Source of the DNA: Spongospora subterranea f. sp. subterranea | Taxonomy: Eukaryota | DNA length: 63,450 nt | Assembly: GCA_049724395.1 (NCBI GenBank) | Contig: JAUGWO010000034.1 | Location: forward strand, 124,001-187,450 | Reading direction: 5' to 3' | Shown: in pieces, positions 1 through 14,736 of the stretch | Numbering within the stretch: the stretch's first letter is position 1 | How the letters are laid out: each line of letters begins with the position of its first letter | Program-made: the position numbers and the translations under genes | The notes under the pieces: model-generated | What the model saw: only the letters and a program-made list of their open reading frames with translations | Told to the model about the DNA's origin: nothing | The model's database searches: none

Positions 1-116
1 AGTGTACACTTCAAATCTCTTTAAATCGTCCTTTTTTTAAGTGCGCATAAACTGCGGCTCGAAATTTGTTTTGTTTGGACAAGGCATATTCGCCAACTGC
101 TGTTGGGTTTTGCGAG

Positions 117-1400
117 ATGTGGCCTGCCATCAAAAAGCTAGATGCGTATCCGAAACTTTCTGAGGCGGTCCAGGTGAAGACCCTGGCAGGCGGAATTGTA
201 TCGATATCATCATCCGTTATTATGTTATTGTTATTCTGCTCCGAATTGGTGTATTTTATGTCGCCTGTCACTCGAGATCATCTAGTCGTCGACTCTTCTC
301 GCTCTGAAAAATTACAAATTAATGTTGATCTTTTATTTCCAGCTGTCCCATGCTCTTGTAAAGAATATGCGAACTTTCTCATTTAGTATGTTCTAATTAA
401 GATTTCAGTGCTCAGTATGGATGTCATGGACGTGACTGGAGTTCCTCAAAAAGAAGTACTTTCCAAAATATCCAAACATCGAATCGATATCAATGGCAAA
501 GACCTCGGATTGTATGAAATGGAAGCCCAGTTGGGTGGAGTGATGGAGGAAAAAGTCGTTCTTTCCGTTGCCAACACGACAAAATGCAAAGAGTGCTATG
601 GCGCTGAAGACGTTGAAGGTCAATGTTGCAATACATGTGAAGATGTGAAAGCGGCATACCGAAAGAAAGGATGGGCGCTGCGATCTCTTGATCATATTGA
701 GCAATGCCAGGAAGTCAGTGCACGGGTCCGCAAAGAATTGGAATTGCATGAAGGTTGTCAGGTTTCGGGGTACTTGTCTATTGATAAGTCAGCTGGAAAT
801 TTTCATTTGGCACCCGGTGACAGTTTTCAAGAGCATCATGCTGAGGATCATAATTTAGAGGCGTTTGAGGCTGGGCTTTTCAATGTCAGCCACTTTATCA
901 ACCGGTTCTCTTTCGGTGCTGAATATCCAGGTCTTATTAACCCTCTCGACGGTGTTGAAAAGGTTGTTGCCGAAGGTGGTGCTATTTTTCAATATTACAT
1001 CAAGGTTCTAAATTGCTGCAATGACCATCATCGCCCTAAGCTGGGATCGTAGGTTGTGCCAACGACGTATGAGTATCTAGATGGTCGAACCATTGTCACC
1101 AACCAGTTTTCTGTCACCGAACATACTGCTTTTGTTCGGGAACGAGAAGGGCTTGGGTAAGTCGTCACCTTTTCTTCTTTGCTAATACTTATCTCTAACA
1201 GTTTGCCCGGGGTGTTCTTTTTCTTTGACATTTCGCCGATTAAAGTGCAGTTTAAGGAAGAACGCCGATCATTTTTCCATTTCATGACCCAGCTTTGTGC
1301 CATTATTGGAGGGGTTTATACTGTATCGTCACTAGTTGACAAACTCGTATACACGTCGATGAGGACTTTGGAAAAAAACCGAATTGGCAAATTCGGGTAA
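117..1400 (+). CDS. ERGIC3: ER-Golgi intermediate compartment protein 3 (Erv46/ERGIC3 family), 4 exons
   Basis: MWPAIKKLDAYPK...KTLAGGIVS N-terminus; CKECYGAE...CCNTCEDVKAAYRKKGW; EGCQVSGYLSIDKSAGNFHLAPG; LPGVFFFFDISPIKV...FFHFMTQLCAIIGGV; C-terminal di-lysine-like tail IGKFG; GT-AG introns near 358, 1005 and 1157. Confidence 0.95.
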
Positions 1401-1501
1401 ATCCATTTGCTGGATTCTCTTCGCCAAATTGTATCAGTTCAATTATAAATGAGAGAATATGAGTTTTGTATGGTCTGGACAAATTAGGTTACTTCGGGCA
1501 C

Positions 1502-4500
1502 ATGCCCCTTCAGCTTGCATTCAATGAGGTGCTAACGAACTCCGCAGAACGTCGACCGGCATTGATCACAATGGACACGCCTGGCTTCGCCAGGGCGACA
1601 CGAAGCGACCTATTCGATCCAGATCTGTCAGAGTATCTCCCTTCCTACAAGGATATCGACAATCATGTCGACCAGAATGTCAGTGAATCTGTCTACACCG
1701 AAGCCGAGCTGGAGCAACTCGATAGTGAATTGGGAATGAATCCACGTAAAAAAGCCAGGGTCAGTTTTGCACGCTGTTACGTTAAAATTCTGGCGTGACG
1801 TTAATTGTCTTCCGTTTATTAGAGGGTACTGCAACGGCGTGACACGTTACCAGCTGAACTTGCAAAGAAAATGGGTAACAGCATTCATTGTTATTCAAAG
1901 ATGATTGCATCAACGACAATTAGGTGAGGCCAATATGATGTTCGTGAATCATGAGCTGGTCGGAGCTGCACAGTTATTGCTGGAAATTATCAAAGAGGCG
2001 CCGGAAGTACCGGATCCATATCACACGTTGGGATTGGTTTACGAAGCGCTTGGAAGGCCAAAGCAGGCGCTGCAGGTCAGGTTTGTTCCGGAAATTGTTC
2101 TATGTATAATAAGAAGTCTTCCAAAGGTATTTGTCCTTGCAGCTCATTTTGCGCCTCGTGACGAAGATATGTGGAGACGACTTGCAAATATGTCTCGTGA
2201 GCTAGCAGAAACAGAACAGGCTTTACATTGCTTAACGCGGCTGCTCCGGTATGGCACCATCAGATTGCGATGCTCTATATCATAGGTTTTCAGCTATAAT
2301 GGATTTGTTTTGGCGAGATGACTTATCTCGTGTAGATCAATGATTTACAAAGAAAAGGGCGATGTCAAACATGCTGTGGATGGGTTCAAGCAACTTGTTG
2401 CTAAAACACCGAATTGTGCTTTGTATTTGAAGGAATACTGTCCGGTAAGATTGCAGTTCTTATAGGCGCAAGTCTCATTGACGTGTAGCTGCTTTTCAAA
2501 ACTGGCAAAACAAGTGCTGCGCGCCAGCTATTGGAAGAGTATGTCGCTTCGGCACGTGAAATCCTCTGTGTCAAAGGAAGTTCCCTTTCAGATCAAGAGC
2601 GCGTCAGCACATGGGATTTGACTTTACTCAATATGCTGTGTGAGTTGTTAATGCAGCAGTCGCATTTTGAGGCAGCAAAAGGTTTCATTAATGAAGTTAG
2701 TAAAAGCTGTAATTTAGATTCATCACTTATGATGCCGTTTCAGACCATCGACCTCAATCTCTGCATTCAGCTTCCACTTGAATTAATTGTCCGATATGGA
2801 TTATGCCACCTTCCCAGCTATCACTGTGTCAACGGAGCGGAACAATATCGCATTGACTCTTTTATTTCAGACGTTTTCAAACTGGAAGTGTCTGATTTTC
2901 CTGCCCTGTATCTGGAAGTAAAGGATTCGCCCTACTTTGCGCGTTCTTACGTCATGTTGGTGTAACCACTTTTATATTGTAGGTTAGCGATACCTATTGC
3001 ATGTTCGAACTGCCACACAAAGCACTGAGTACTCTGTTATGTCTGGAGTGTAAGACACAATTTCATAATTTATTATTTATACCTTACGTTAACCAATGTT
3101 TTTGCCAGCTGTAAACGCGTTTAACAACGCCGATCTCTGGATTCGATTAGCCCGTTGCTATAAAGATTTACCAGATGAGGTTGATGCAACCGTTAGATAT
3201 TGCATGCGTATTCTTGAGGTCGGTCTCATTTGGCCACCTTTTATCCTTCCTCATTGTGGTTTTCAAGACACACCCTAGTGATGCTGAATCACGGTTAATT
3301 CTTTCTGATGTCTATGATGAGCAAGGAGATAAGGAAAAAGCTATATCCCATAGTAGAAATCGGGGCATACAGAGAAGACTCGGTTGTAGACAAAGTTGTA
3401 AGCTTTCTTTCCTTTCAAATTTCCGACAAAGTCCGTTGCTGAGGACAGTCTTTCATCCTTAGCACCATCGTCGAGCTGTCTTGCCTCTAGACAGTCCCGC
3501 GATATCGTTGCTGTTTCAGCATTGTCAATTATGTCTGGCTGAATCAAAATACCAGGAGATTATCGACCAGTCTTTCGACAAGATTTCCGAAACTTTAAAG
3601 GCTGTATTGACGCGGCGTCGCTTGAATCTCGAACTGGAATTGTCTGCAGGACGGGGTTCAGATCCTCCTGTGCGCGTCCGGAGTCTCCCGAGTGTCCTCA
3701 CGGAAACGGGAGATTTTCTTCAAATTACTACCATTTTGAGTCATGCCCTTATTTCAATGGGGCGATTTGATCAGGTGGGGATAAATTTTACCGTAATTTT
3801 CAGATATTAATTCATGGTTTTCTTAATATGCCAGGCAAACGCATTGATCAAGCCGCTGTTACGTTTTGATTGGCCCAGCAATGTTATTGACCAATTCCGC
3901 AACCTTCGATGTCTTGCCATCGATCTTTTTTGTCATCGGAAAGACTACAATAGAGCATATGTTCAAGTACTTCACTCATTACTGTTACTACGAGTAACAT
4001 TAATTCCGTCATGGTAGGTGACCAACGCCATTTTAGATGTTCCGCACGCAGTCTCCGCGTCACCGTTAATGCAAATTCTTGGGACAATTTTGTTTCGCCT
4101 GAATTATCCAGAAAAGTCGCGGCGATTTCTCGATCGAATCATCGCCAAACATCCAGAATGTATGGTTTTCCGTGTCATCTTGGGACATTTTGCCGTTATG
4201 AAACGCAGCTATGGTAACCGATATTTGCAGTGCGAATATCTCTGAAATCGTTTTAGGAGGCGCGTGTCGTGAATATTTACATGCACTTTCAATGTCACCT
4301 GTTCCTCTAAATTCGTCACTTTGTATATTATAATATGGTTTCTCATGCTAAATTCTCTAATGAGTTTTAGGTTTTTTCACCGCGGTTGCTCTGCTCCAGC
4401 GTTCACAGAGCCCTTCGGTTTCGAATAGAAACTTCCTGTTAATTCGCCTCGTTTTCGCTTTTTTTTGCTTATATCAGAAAATCAAACCGGGCACCTCATG

Positions 4501-4831
4501 CTTTATACAATCTCGGTAGAGCGTTCCATAGTGTTGGTATCAATCATATTGCCGAGAAATATTATAAAGAGGTTGGGTTTGTTGAATGGTTGTTGAAAGA
4601 CATGTTATTTAATTCATCTAGGCAATCTCGGGTGCAAAAAGGATAAGAATGTCGACTGACGTTTCTGAGCCAGTGTCCTCTGATTTTTTATTTCCTTTAA
4701 CGACCTCAGCTAAATCGTCCAACGAAGAATTTATCGCAAAGAATGCAGCGTTCAATTTGAGCCTGATCTACAGGTCTTCAGGTGCAACTGAGCTTGCTGC
4801 GCGTTTATTAAATCAATTTATCAAGTTTTGA
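1502..4831 (+). CDS. GTF3C3: General transcription factor IIIC TPR subunit (Tfc4/GTF3C3), multi-exon; start uncertain
   Basis: TPR repeats (LGEANMMF...EIIKEAPEVPDPYHTLGLVYEALG; AAHFAPRDEDMWRRLA); C-terminal HALYNLGRAFHSVGINHIAEKYYKE and AAFNLSLIYRSSGATELA typical of Tfc4. Confidence 0.85.
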
Positions 4832-4946
4832 TATGGAGATTCCGAAGGTGCGCATTGCATTTTCACAGTCGGAATTTTTTTACTAACAATAAATGGGCTA
4901 GTTTAATGTATAGATTGATACGACAATGAAATTGGAACAGGGAAAC

Positions 4947-7900
4947 CTAGTTCGTTAACCGTCGCCGTTTGTTTGACCTTGATGTCTTCCTGGTTAAAGG
5001 GAGGAGCTTCGAAACTGCTGTCTCCCTCACTGTCATCGCCACCGTTTTGCCGAGAAGTGTCACGCTCTGCTGGGACGTTTCTATTTTCATTGTGAAGTGC
5101 ATTGGCATTGCTGACATCAATTATTGTCGAATTTGCGATTCCGGAAGAAGCGCGACGTTTGCCTCGTTGTTTCGGTGCATATTCCAGCTTAAGCTGCGTT
5201 GTATCATTAGCGGAGAGCTCCCGGAACTAATGGCGCTCAGTGTGCGGCAAAAAAGAAGCGTTACTCACATACATGCAAATAGCGTGCCTGAAGGTTGCTC
5301 AAAGATTCTGATGAAGATATAGATACGATGGGAGGAGCCACGAAATGAGGAGCATTTTCCTTGCGAACGCAAACAATTCCTGTTTTGTTGTGAGGGTTCC
5401 AATCTTCCAGTCGAGCATTAACGATAGCAAAAGCATCCTATTAAAGACTAGATAAAACGGCTAAATAGATGGACAATTAGTGGTACCTGTAGATACTTTT
5501 TCAAAAGCAGCAGTACAACTACTTTATCTGCTTCTTTACAATATAGTCGAATAAGGTCGAGCGAATCTTTATCAGGAAGACCTTCGGTTGCAGCTTTGAA
5601 TCTCGGATGAAGATACGAATCAATGACCGCAGCACTCGTTCCTGGAAAAGGTGGATGAAGCGCCAATGAGATATCAAAACAGCGATGATTCGACGTTCAA
5701 AAAACCAACCAATAATTCTGTTGAGGTGAAAAATCAAATGTAAGGGACTGTCATTCTGAAATGGCATTCCGGCAAGCATTGTTGCAACAAAATCGACCGG
5801 GAGAGGGTTGCGCTCTCGGTCGGAGAAGGTTACAGAACCGTCCATGCCACTGAGATGCAAAATTCCCAATAAAAACACTGGAGTATTAATTGACACCTAT
5901 ATGACAGTTTTAAAAGCATGTCGAGAAAATGAAAAATGCGATACTTTTTGATAAAGAGTAAAGAAGCGGAGGAGCCCATCGGGGTATTCACCGTTAAACA
6001 GGTCCAAAGGCTGCGGTCTCAAGTGTTTCTACGATGAATAAACAAGTGATAAATTGAGGGGTTAAACAGAAGACAAACCTGAAAGGAAAACACAAGCTTG
6101 ATACCGTCAATAGCACCATTCCTGACCATATCAGGAAAGCTGGTCGACAGTAGGTTTAGCTGTGACAAAGCACCTTCTACGATTTCTTCCTCCGTATCCG
6201 TGCATAATGCGATTAGCGAAGGAATACAACGATTTGGATTTACAAAACGTTGCTGAATCAACAGCCTAGATACGCTCAAAAACCCACTTCGAACCTGAAA
6301 GCGAATTATCAGCTACTTAAAATCGACTTTCTAAAACAAGACTGGCCTCAGGTCGATCAGAAACAGCAAGCCTTAAAAGAAGAGGTAGCAAGTTCTGAAA
6401 CACCCCAAGTACGGCACCAGAGTCAGCTTGAAGATCAGACTTCCTCGGAATAGATGAAAAAGACAAAACACCAGATATTCGTCTCTTATCAGTGCATGAT
6501 TTCGATTCTTGAAGGTACTAAACTTTGCATCATGACAAGAATAAACACATCATTTTAATTTACCCACCTGCAAATGATCATCTTCGCTTTGAAGAAAATC
6601 GGCAAGACTCCGCAGAGTTTGAGCTTGAATCTGATATGGCGTCTCTGTAGAAGAAATAGCGGCTTGGATCATAGGATAGGCTTTCAAAATCAATCCAGGA
6701 TTTCTGCTGAAAACGAATACAAGTCCCTGAATGGCTATTTTGCAAACCACTGTCATAGGAATAAGAAAATATATGATAGGTGGCAGAAAATTTTACATGG
6801 ATCTGAACATTTATAGAAGTCGTGATATATTTCAACTATGGCATCAGTGTCCAATGAATCTAAAAACGGGCTATTAAAAGCAGAACAATAACATTAGACG
6901 TAACGAGTGAAATACCATCATTCCGTCTTTCAAATTCGAAATAACGAACGAGTAGACCCACAGATAGAAGAGATCTGATCAATGATCGTCTAATCACATC
7001 AGTGAATACATGTTCCGATCTGTACTTCGAAAGATACGATAGAAACGACGAAAGTAACTGTCTAGGAACAGCATCCATATTCATCTAACGTTTCAAAACG
7101 GCATTAAGAATCAATGTCACGACACCACGGCAGAACGTTACATGTTGAGAAAGAACGCAAAGGCATGGCATTGCGGTCAACAAGACAACAGTGCTCTGTC
7201 GCATGACAAGATCCTTCAAATCGGTAAGCAGGTTTGTTAAAAACCGAGGGCGTAAACTTGGCGCAACAGGCAAGGACATGAACAAGATGCTGCAGATCAA
7301 GCTGACTCTGGTTTGATCATTTCCTTGCGCTTAAGCATTGTTAGACAACCATCGACACGAACAAAAACACAAAAACCATTACCTGAAGAGGATTGTTTTA
7401 AGCACGGTTGAAGAGTAACAAGATGTGGCGATAGCAGCACTGGTCTTGCGATGCAAAACACATGTAAAGTTCGGACATGGTGAAGTATTTTGGCAGAGAT
7501 TTCCAGTGATATCATATCCTTGAAAAAATTTGAGCAGTGTAACAACCAATATACAAAGCTGAAACCTGAATAATACAGGTGCATATATCGCTGCATACAA
7601 GCATCAGCGACGAGCCATCGACGTCGGCATCAGAGTTATCAGAGGATGACAGCATGGAAAAAATCAAATTCGATAGCCAATCCGTCGACGGGAGAAACGC
7701 GACCACTTCCACCTATGCAAAATTAAATCATTGATAACCACACCGAGATTGCAAGAAACGAACAATTCGCTGGGTCATTCTTGTGAAGCAGTTTGTAAAT
7801 ATAATTTCGCCCAATTCTGTCAACGGATTAGCAAATCAGAGTGAGCAATAGCGATAAAAAATAACCTGGGCCGTTTCTTCGAGAGCAGACTTTGATATAG

Positions 7901-10900
7901 TCTAAAAACCACATTTGTTGGAACGCTTGCAGGACCATTGTACGAATCGATAACTCATCGTTCGAACGGCTAATTAAATTTGCGCATATTTCTGTATATT
8001 TTGAATGACCAGGTAGCGATATGCAGATATCACGAAGAATTTTAACACTAAGCAAAAATCAAACCTCTGCACGAAGAGATCCCCGACAGTGTTTACCATC
8101 GCTTTCGTACGCTCAAGCCTTTGTCGCGAAGCCGCGCGACAATTACCGGATAATATTGCTCAGCAAGTACTAGCCGTGACAGCATCTTTTTTCCAAGAAG
8201 TTCAACAGCAGCTTCTCTAACAGAAGAAGCTCTATCCTAAATCCAACCCGATTGAGAACAAAAGAGAAGAGAAGGGAGAACGAAGATGGTAAACCTGGAC
8301 TGCGGCAGATATAGCACGCATCACGTATTCTCGCTCGAGAATTTGCACATTTATATGTACAACCGAAGATATAGCCTAAAGGTATGTAACTGGGCCATAA
8401 CATGACGCAATAAATGACACTGACCTTTATAACTCGAGACCTCATCGTTGGCTGTTTATCTGTGAGAGCGTTTATCAACACCTAAACATATTTCCTAAAT
8501 TGAGTTAGATATCCCGGTTTCGACAAGCAAACCTTGAGCAGATTATCCTGATCATGCAGCAGCGAATGTCTGTACGAAATGATGCGGAATATTCTCAACA
8601 CGTGAACCAAGGCCGTCATTGACGACGCCTCGTTGTACAGGTCCCAACTAGGAGGAAGTTGATTCGGATCAAATTGCAAGCAAAAGATATCAAGTCCCTA
8701 AATCAAAACAAGGGTATCAGGTGTAAAGAAGAAATAACGGGGCCAAACCTCACATTTGCCGACGATGACGGTAGATGATTCGACGCCCACTGAGCAAGAA
8801 CAAACTGTCTTGCAAGTTGGACATCCCGTCCGGATTGTTTGACGGTAAGGAAGTTAACAGCAATCTGATAAAGAAGATCGTCTTCGGAAAGTTCAACACT
8901 TGAATCTCCTTCAGAAATTTTGCCAAGCTGTAATAGTGAAACCTATAAACTTTTTAATTGAAGAAAACAATTAATATACCTTGCTACTAGTACCATTTTC
9001 GCTCGTTGAGCTTCAATATGACGCCGAAGGCTGCATGAGGCACAGATCCACGATTCAGGGATTTTTTCAGCAATTATTTGAACGCAATTCCCGTGAAACC
9101 ATTGATGACAATCGTCACAGTCCAACTATGCGTACAGTGAATAAAAGTCACATTGGTGAGCGTTGCTTAAGCGTACCATTAGCTCCTCTTGCAAAGCGCC
9201 ACGGCCACACTCACAAGCCACTTTTTCTTCAGCGTCGTTAACAACATTCCCAAGAGGATTAAATTGTGTTGTCCGAGGCCTCATCATTTGAACATCGTTT
9301 CCAACAGAGGCAACATGACTCTGTAGTCGGCTCAAAATATGGCCAAACATTTCTACAGCTAACACGCGAATATTGCTGCAACTCTGGATTCTAGTACGTC
9401 AAATCACTTTCTGGGATAATGCAACCACAATTTACCTCTTTTGATAAAGAGCTTCTTAGACTTAATAACAGCGCATTCAATGTCAACTCAGCCGCAGGCC
9501 ACAATGGATGAAACAAGCACAACAGCACATTATCGACAAATCCATTAAGAATCGCTCGAGAGTCAGATATTGCATTACCAGGCTTGAAAGAGATTTTCAA
9601 AATCGCAATAATCTAAGACGGAGTAAAGAACCAATGAGAGATCATTATGAGAAGCAGATCATACCAAAGTTCTGCAATGGCGCTGGCTTTCCTCATAAGG
9701 AATCACAGCATACTTTCTAACCAACTCAGTTGGAGACGGGTCGCCAATCGAGACTGCCTGCGGTCGGTCGATATAAATTCCAGCAGTACACTGAATATAC
9801 AGTAAAGCGAGGGCAACTGGAACCTGTACTTGGTTTCAAAATAACAATTTAACATTAAGAATAAGTTTTACTTGTACGTTCACTGCACTGTCATAAGAAC
9901 CACTTTTTCTGAGTAGTTCCGGGTCGCAAATCATCGTCGAAACCTGTACAAAGTTACTCAGAGAAAATATCAGCAATATATACCGCTTGCCTGTTCAATA
10001 ACGACGTCTCGTAAATTCGGATAATGCATAAAACAGCCTACTAAAAGTGGAATAACACTCGTTTTTGAATCAGCTTGCCGAGGGCAGCGAAGCAATACAT
10101 AAGAAAAATTGATGACAGAGAGAATCTGACATTCAGAGCAAACTTCGCGAGTAATAAATCGATAAAGCTGTTGCAATAACTCGCATAACGTGCGGCAGAT
10201 AAGCGTGAATGTCTTGGATGAAGACAGCCAATAGGAATCATTAGGGCCTCCAGCCTGATTCACGTTAAAAAAGCGAACATGTTCAATAACGTCCATACTT
10301 TGGGGCGGAGAGAGATGTCGAAGATGGGGGCAATAGTACGCGTTGCATGGACCTTCACTAGCATTAGGATTTTCTCAAGCACATCATCGGACACAAGGGA
10401 GCGGTTTATCTTCTCAGTGTTCATTATCACTTTCAACATCAACATCAATAAGTTTCTTCTAATGAATGAACCAGTAACTCATTCATACCCAGAGCAATTA
10501 CAGAAGCTTTGAGCGATTTCAATAGAGAGAGTACCGCCTGTAAAAAAATTAGCAGTATTTAGATAAAAATATCAGTTGAAACTACATTGACTAACCTCAG
10601 AATGATTTTCAATCGACACATCGTGAATGGCAACACCGAAACAGGATTCAATTTGCATGCTAATCAACGTCAAGAGATCCATTAGAATTCCAACAGGAAC
10701 ATCTGGCATGTGGAGTTCACGTATCGCATGGCAAACAGTATTTTCCCAGCATAACTGATTTGCCGACACTGATGACAAAAATTGAGTGAATCGCGAGAAG
10801 AAAACCGCGAAACCACGCGTCCAACCTCCTTGTAGAGGAATACTTTTGGGGTCATCGTTCAGAAATCGCTCGACAAACAACTGACTATAAGTGCCAAAAT

Positions 10901-11354
10901 CCATTGTCAAATGGCTTGAGCTCTTGGAAGGAGAATCAAGAGCAGGTTTTTGGGTGCCTACTGAGCCTGAGCTTAAAGTGCAAAAAAAACCAAACAGGCC
11001 CGACTTGTACGAGGATTCCCTCCAACGGCGCCAACTCTACTGACAAACGCCTTGATAGCACGAGCGGCCACCGGACCCAATCGTGGATCGGAGGTACCGA
11101 TGGATGTAGAAGTCCCGACACTGCGAGCAGGAATTAAATAATAAACGGCATAAGATGGTATCGTACCTTATACTTTTCAATGCAGATTCCTGCTTCGAAA
11201 AAGCATTCAGGTCAACATCGCCAAGGGCGACGAAGATTGGCTTAAAAGCGGGAAACCCTGCTGACGGGATCTCAATTGCTTCGGCAACAGGGTACGGCTG
11301 CCCAAACCCAATCGTAGCAGCCATTGCTGTTTTGCCATTTTTATCATTCAGCAT
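4947..11354 (-). CDS. SCC2: Cohesin loader Scc2/Nipped-B-like protein with HEAT repeats and an internal PHD finger, multi-exon; ends approximate
   Basis: LCLFHPLWPAAELTL; LINALTDKQPTMRSRVIK; VKILRDIC; LLIQQRFVNPNRCIPSLIALCTD; FVATMLAGMPFQNDSPLHLIFHLNRII; basic C-terminal tail; PHD-like CECG...DCDDCHQWFHGNCV...WICASC at ~9030-9220. Confidence 0.88.
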
Positions 11355-12625
11355 TATGACGACGATTCAAAAGCTGAACCGATAACAAAATTGCTGAGAA
11401 TGCGTATCGGTGATATGCTAATGACACTGCATCAACGTTTACGATACTAGCAATACAGCAGTACAGCACTTCTGGTATCAAGTATGAACAGAAGAGCGTC
11501 AAACTGCAGACTCAACGACGTCTACTGCTTGCAAAGGACGGCAGTGCAAGGCATTCCCAGATTCACCTACCACAGTCCAAACGATGACAATGAAACTGCG
11601 TAGCGAAGGCTTGTATCTACATCGGCGAAGAATCTTGAAATTCAAGTTGAAAACAAAACAGTACACAGTTATATGCTCCAATTCGTTATGCCTGTTTTAT
11701 TTCATGACAGATTTATACAGCTAATCTTGACTCTGTCATAATGTTGCTCATCCGCAAGTTTGTGCATCTATTGTCAGCTCAGTATTTGGCAATTCTTCAA
11801 TCGCAACTCAATTCCACAACATTTTTTGAAGAGATAAGTGTCTAACGTTGCGACTGCTTAAAACTAGATGCGATGCTGAGATCGGGCGGAGGCAAAGAAG
11901 AATGTGAGCACAACTCTACATAACCCAAGTGTGACACCTAACAGACCATGTTGATATGAACAGAGAGGGCGAGGATGAAACCTCCTGAAAACCGACGTGG
12001 AACACGAGGGTTAGTGAAGCCGACCCGACAATTTAGTGAAACATTCAACAGAGGTGACAACAAGGCACAATAGCGTAACTCCATGAAAGCGCCCCAGGCA
12101 CCTCCATTAGATTGAAAAAATCTAATGAAAGTGCTCGCCGTTGCCGTCATCGGGACCGGAAATTAGATAACAGGAAGTAGCGTCCAAAAAAGGATTTCCC
12201 TCACCCCTTCCAGGGTTTGTGCTAATGAGCTGGTGATCACCCCAGGCTGTGAAACCGTGCAGCTAATGCAAATTGGTTGGTTTGCTTTCAGTGTCGTTTA
12301 CCGATCCGTCATTAAAATTTAGCGACAGCTGAATTTTCATTAGCGCATGTTTAACTTGGTAAAGGGGCATTTTCACAGAACCACTGGTAACAGGGTCGTT
12401 ACTTTGTCGAAGAAAACCAGAACATAGATACAGGGTTTTGCCTGCCTGTCAAACGTTTGAACCGTATGTAGACGAAATTTCTGTATGCACTGCTTCATTT
12501 GACTTGAAGGCAATTAATTCGTAGCATTGTTTCAAACCATTTGCACGTCCAGAGGGAGGAAACCGGCAAAAAAAAAGGGAATTCGGTAAATCTATTTTCA
12601 TTTGATTTTCGGAATAAGGCATTTT

Positions 12626-14495
12626 TCATAAACGACAGATGTAGGAGCCCGAGCGCGTAACATAGCGAACCCATCGATAAGGGTTATACGATTTATGCTG
12701 CTCTGATATACGCAGGAATCTGACCTATTATTTCAAAGCTAAGACTCTTTGCAAAAGTAAGACTTTGGTGGATACCTGAAGATTTGAAGCACTGTACATT
12801 GGGATCTCAAATTCCATACTGATCGGCCCTATTTCTTTGCGTACTGAATCAGTATGGGATGATGCGAGAACGATCTACATTATATTATGTATGCGTTTAG
12901 CTTCTCATTGAACCAGAACTACATACCTTAATACGCAACGAATGCTCTCTGACACCGTGAAATTTGGCGATTTTCCAAATAACTTTGTGTTCTTTTGGCA
13001 CGTACTCACTGGACTGACCCACAGTTGGTGAATCCATATCGAAAGAGGCGCTAGAACATGGACAGTAAAAAACTAGGGTGAAATACTAATATCAGCTTAT
13101 CAACCTTGACGTATCCTTCGGCACAGGAAGTGATATGACAAGATTGGCCCCATAATGATTGTCGGGTATATCGGCACGAATCTAGAGTCTAACATGTTTA
13201 ACGAAATCCCTGCCAAAGGACCGGATAACAACCTTAATGGTCAGCTCGCACTTGAAAGGGGTGGGCATCTCAAAAAAGGGGAATATCCTGAAGGGAGCTC
13301 GAAAATCACTTGTCATTCGATAATTCATAACGCTGAATTCGCCATCTGGTGGGATGAAGCGTAAAATTCGCTGAGTTTCAAAATCATCGGTTCGAATGCA
13401 TTCATGAAAGTTGCAGTCATCAAGCACAATAGAACCATAATTGCCTAAATCTTGGTTCAATCGTCCGAAGTGAGTTCGAAGATTTATACTCACTTCCTGT
13501 GAGAGATTTTCCTATTACCAACTCTTCGTTTAGCGCCAGTTTCAGCTCTGGATTGCCGGACAAGTAGCTCTTCATCTGAATGGTGCCGTCAATTTCTGAG
13601 CGCACAACGACGCCCTGCAATAAAAATCAGCACCTAGCAACAAAGTTTTCGCCGCTTTACATCTGAGTTGAAAGTCACGTTGATACGCTCATAGATGTCA
13701 ACGAAAATTTGATTGACTTTCTTCGACGACTGAGCCAACGTAATGGGTTTATCGACGGCATTACTTGGAATAGTTTTAGGATTGATTTCGGGCAACTTGA
13801 ATCCCGCCTAGAATATTTCCAGAAAGGACTGAAGAATCCTTGCGCTTGACCACAACAGGCTCATTGAATACGTATGCCTGTATGGGCGCAATTACCAGTT
13901 GCGAGATGACAATGATGATTAGCAATCTGAAACCTTTAGCAATTCTGTAGAAGTGTCTTGAGGATATCCGAAATCCTGAAACAAAAAACACCATGATGAA
14001 GGCGTTCATGTGCATTAAGTGTTCGGTAATTACAATCATTTCATCGATAAGCTCGTAAATGAGAACAAAATTCTGTCGTATCGCCTCCTCAGTCAAAACG
14101 CCACAGTAATCTTTGAATACTCGCGCTATCCTGCTGACAACTTCAGCAGCAAACGATCCGGAAATGTTGCAGCGAGCCGTTGCCACAAAATATAGACCGT
14201 TTTGATTCAGGTATGTGAAATGGATACCATCGATTGCCTGTGCACCAGGAACAGAGTCAGCGAAGTCTAAAAAATAACCCCTGGAATAGTACAAATATTG
14301 GAGGAGCCTCATTTTGTTCTCCTTTATAGAACTTTACTTCGTGGAAGAATATATCGGCCGTGCCTTTTCCGATATCTCCTCGGACTAACATAGTAAAACG
14401 GTCACTATTTTCAAGTCACGTTGAAGTCGAACCGTACAGTCTCTGGATATAATCGTGTCGCCGCGCGGCGATAGTACATAGAACTGCGAAATCAT
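12626..14495 (-). CDS. AP4M1: AP-4 complex subunit mu
   Basis: Starts MISQFYVLSPRGDTIISRD; RIARVFKDYCGVLTEEAIRQNFVLIYELIDEM; RSEIDGTIQMKSYLSGNPELKLALNEEL; LDDCNFHEC...FIPPDGEFSVMNYR; ends NPYRWVRYVTRSGSYICRL*. Confidence 0.93.
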
Positions 14496-14736
14496 CTACG
14501 CCCGGCAACGGTTGTCACCCGTAAACCGCCTTTTGTTCCACCACACTTGTAATCAAGGGCCTGGCATTATGGCGTCAAAAAAATTATGCGTGTATGATAA
14601 GTAAATTGCTCAATTTTTCACATCAGCAGGAGGCTCGCAAAAGAATTGATTGCGGAACTGCCTGAATCGGACCGGAACCTAAAGTCATTAAAAATTCTTA
14701 TTACGTGTTGAAGATACTTTGACGGTTATATAATTT

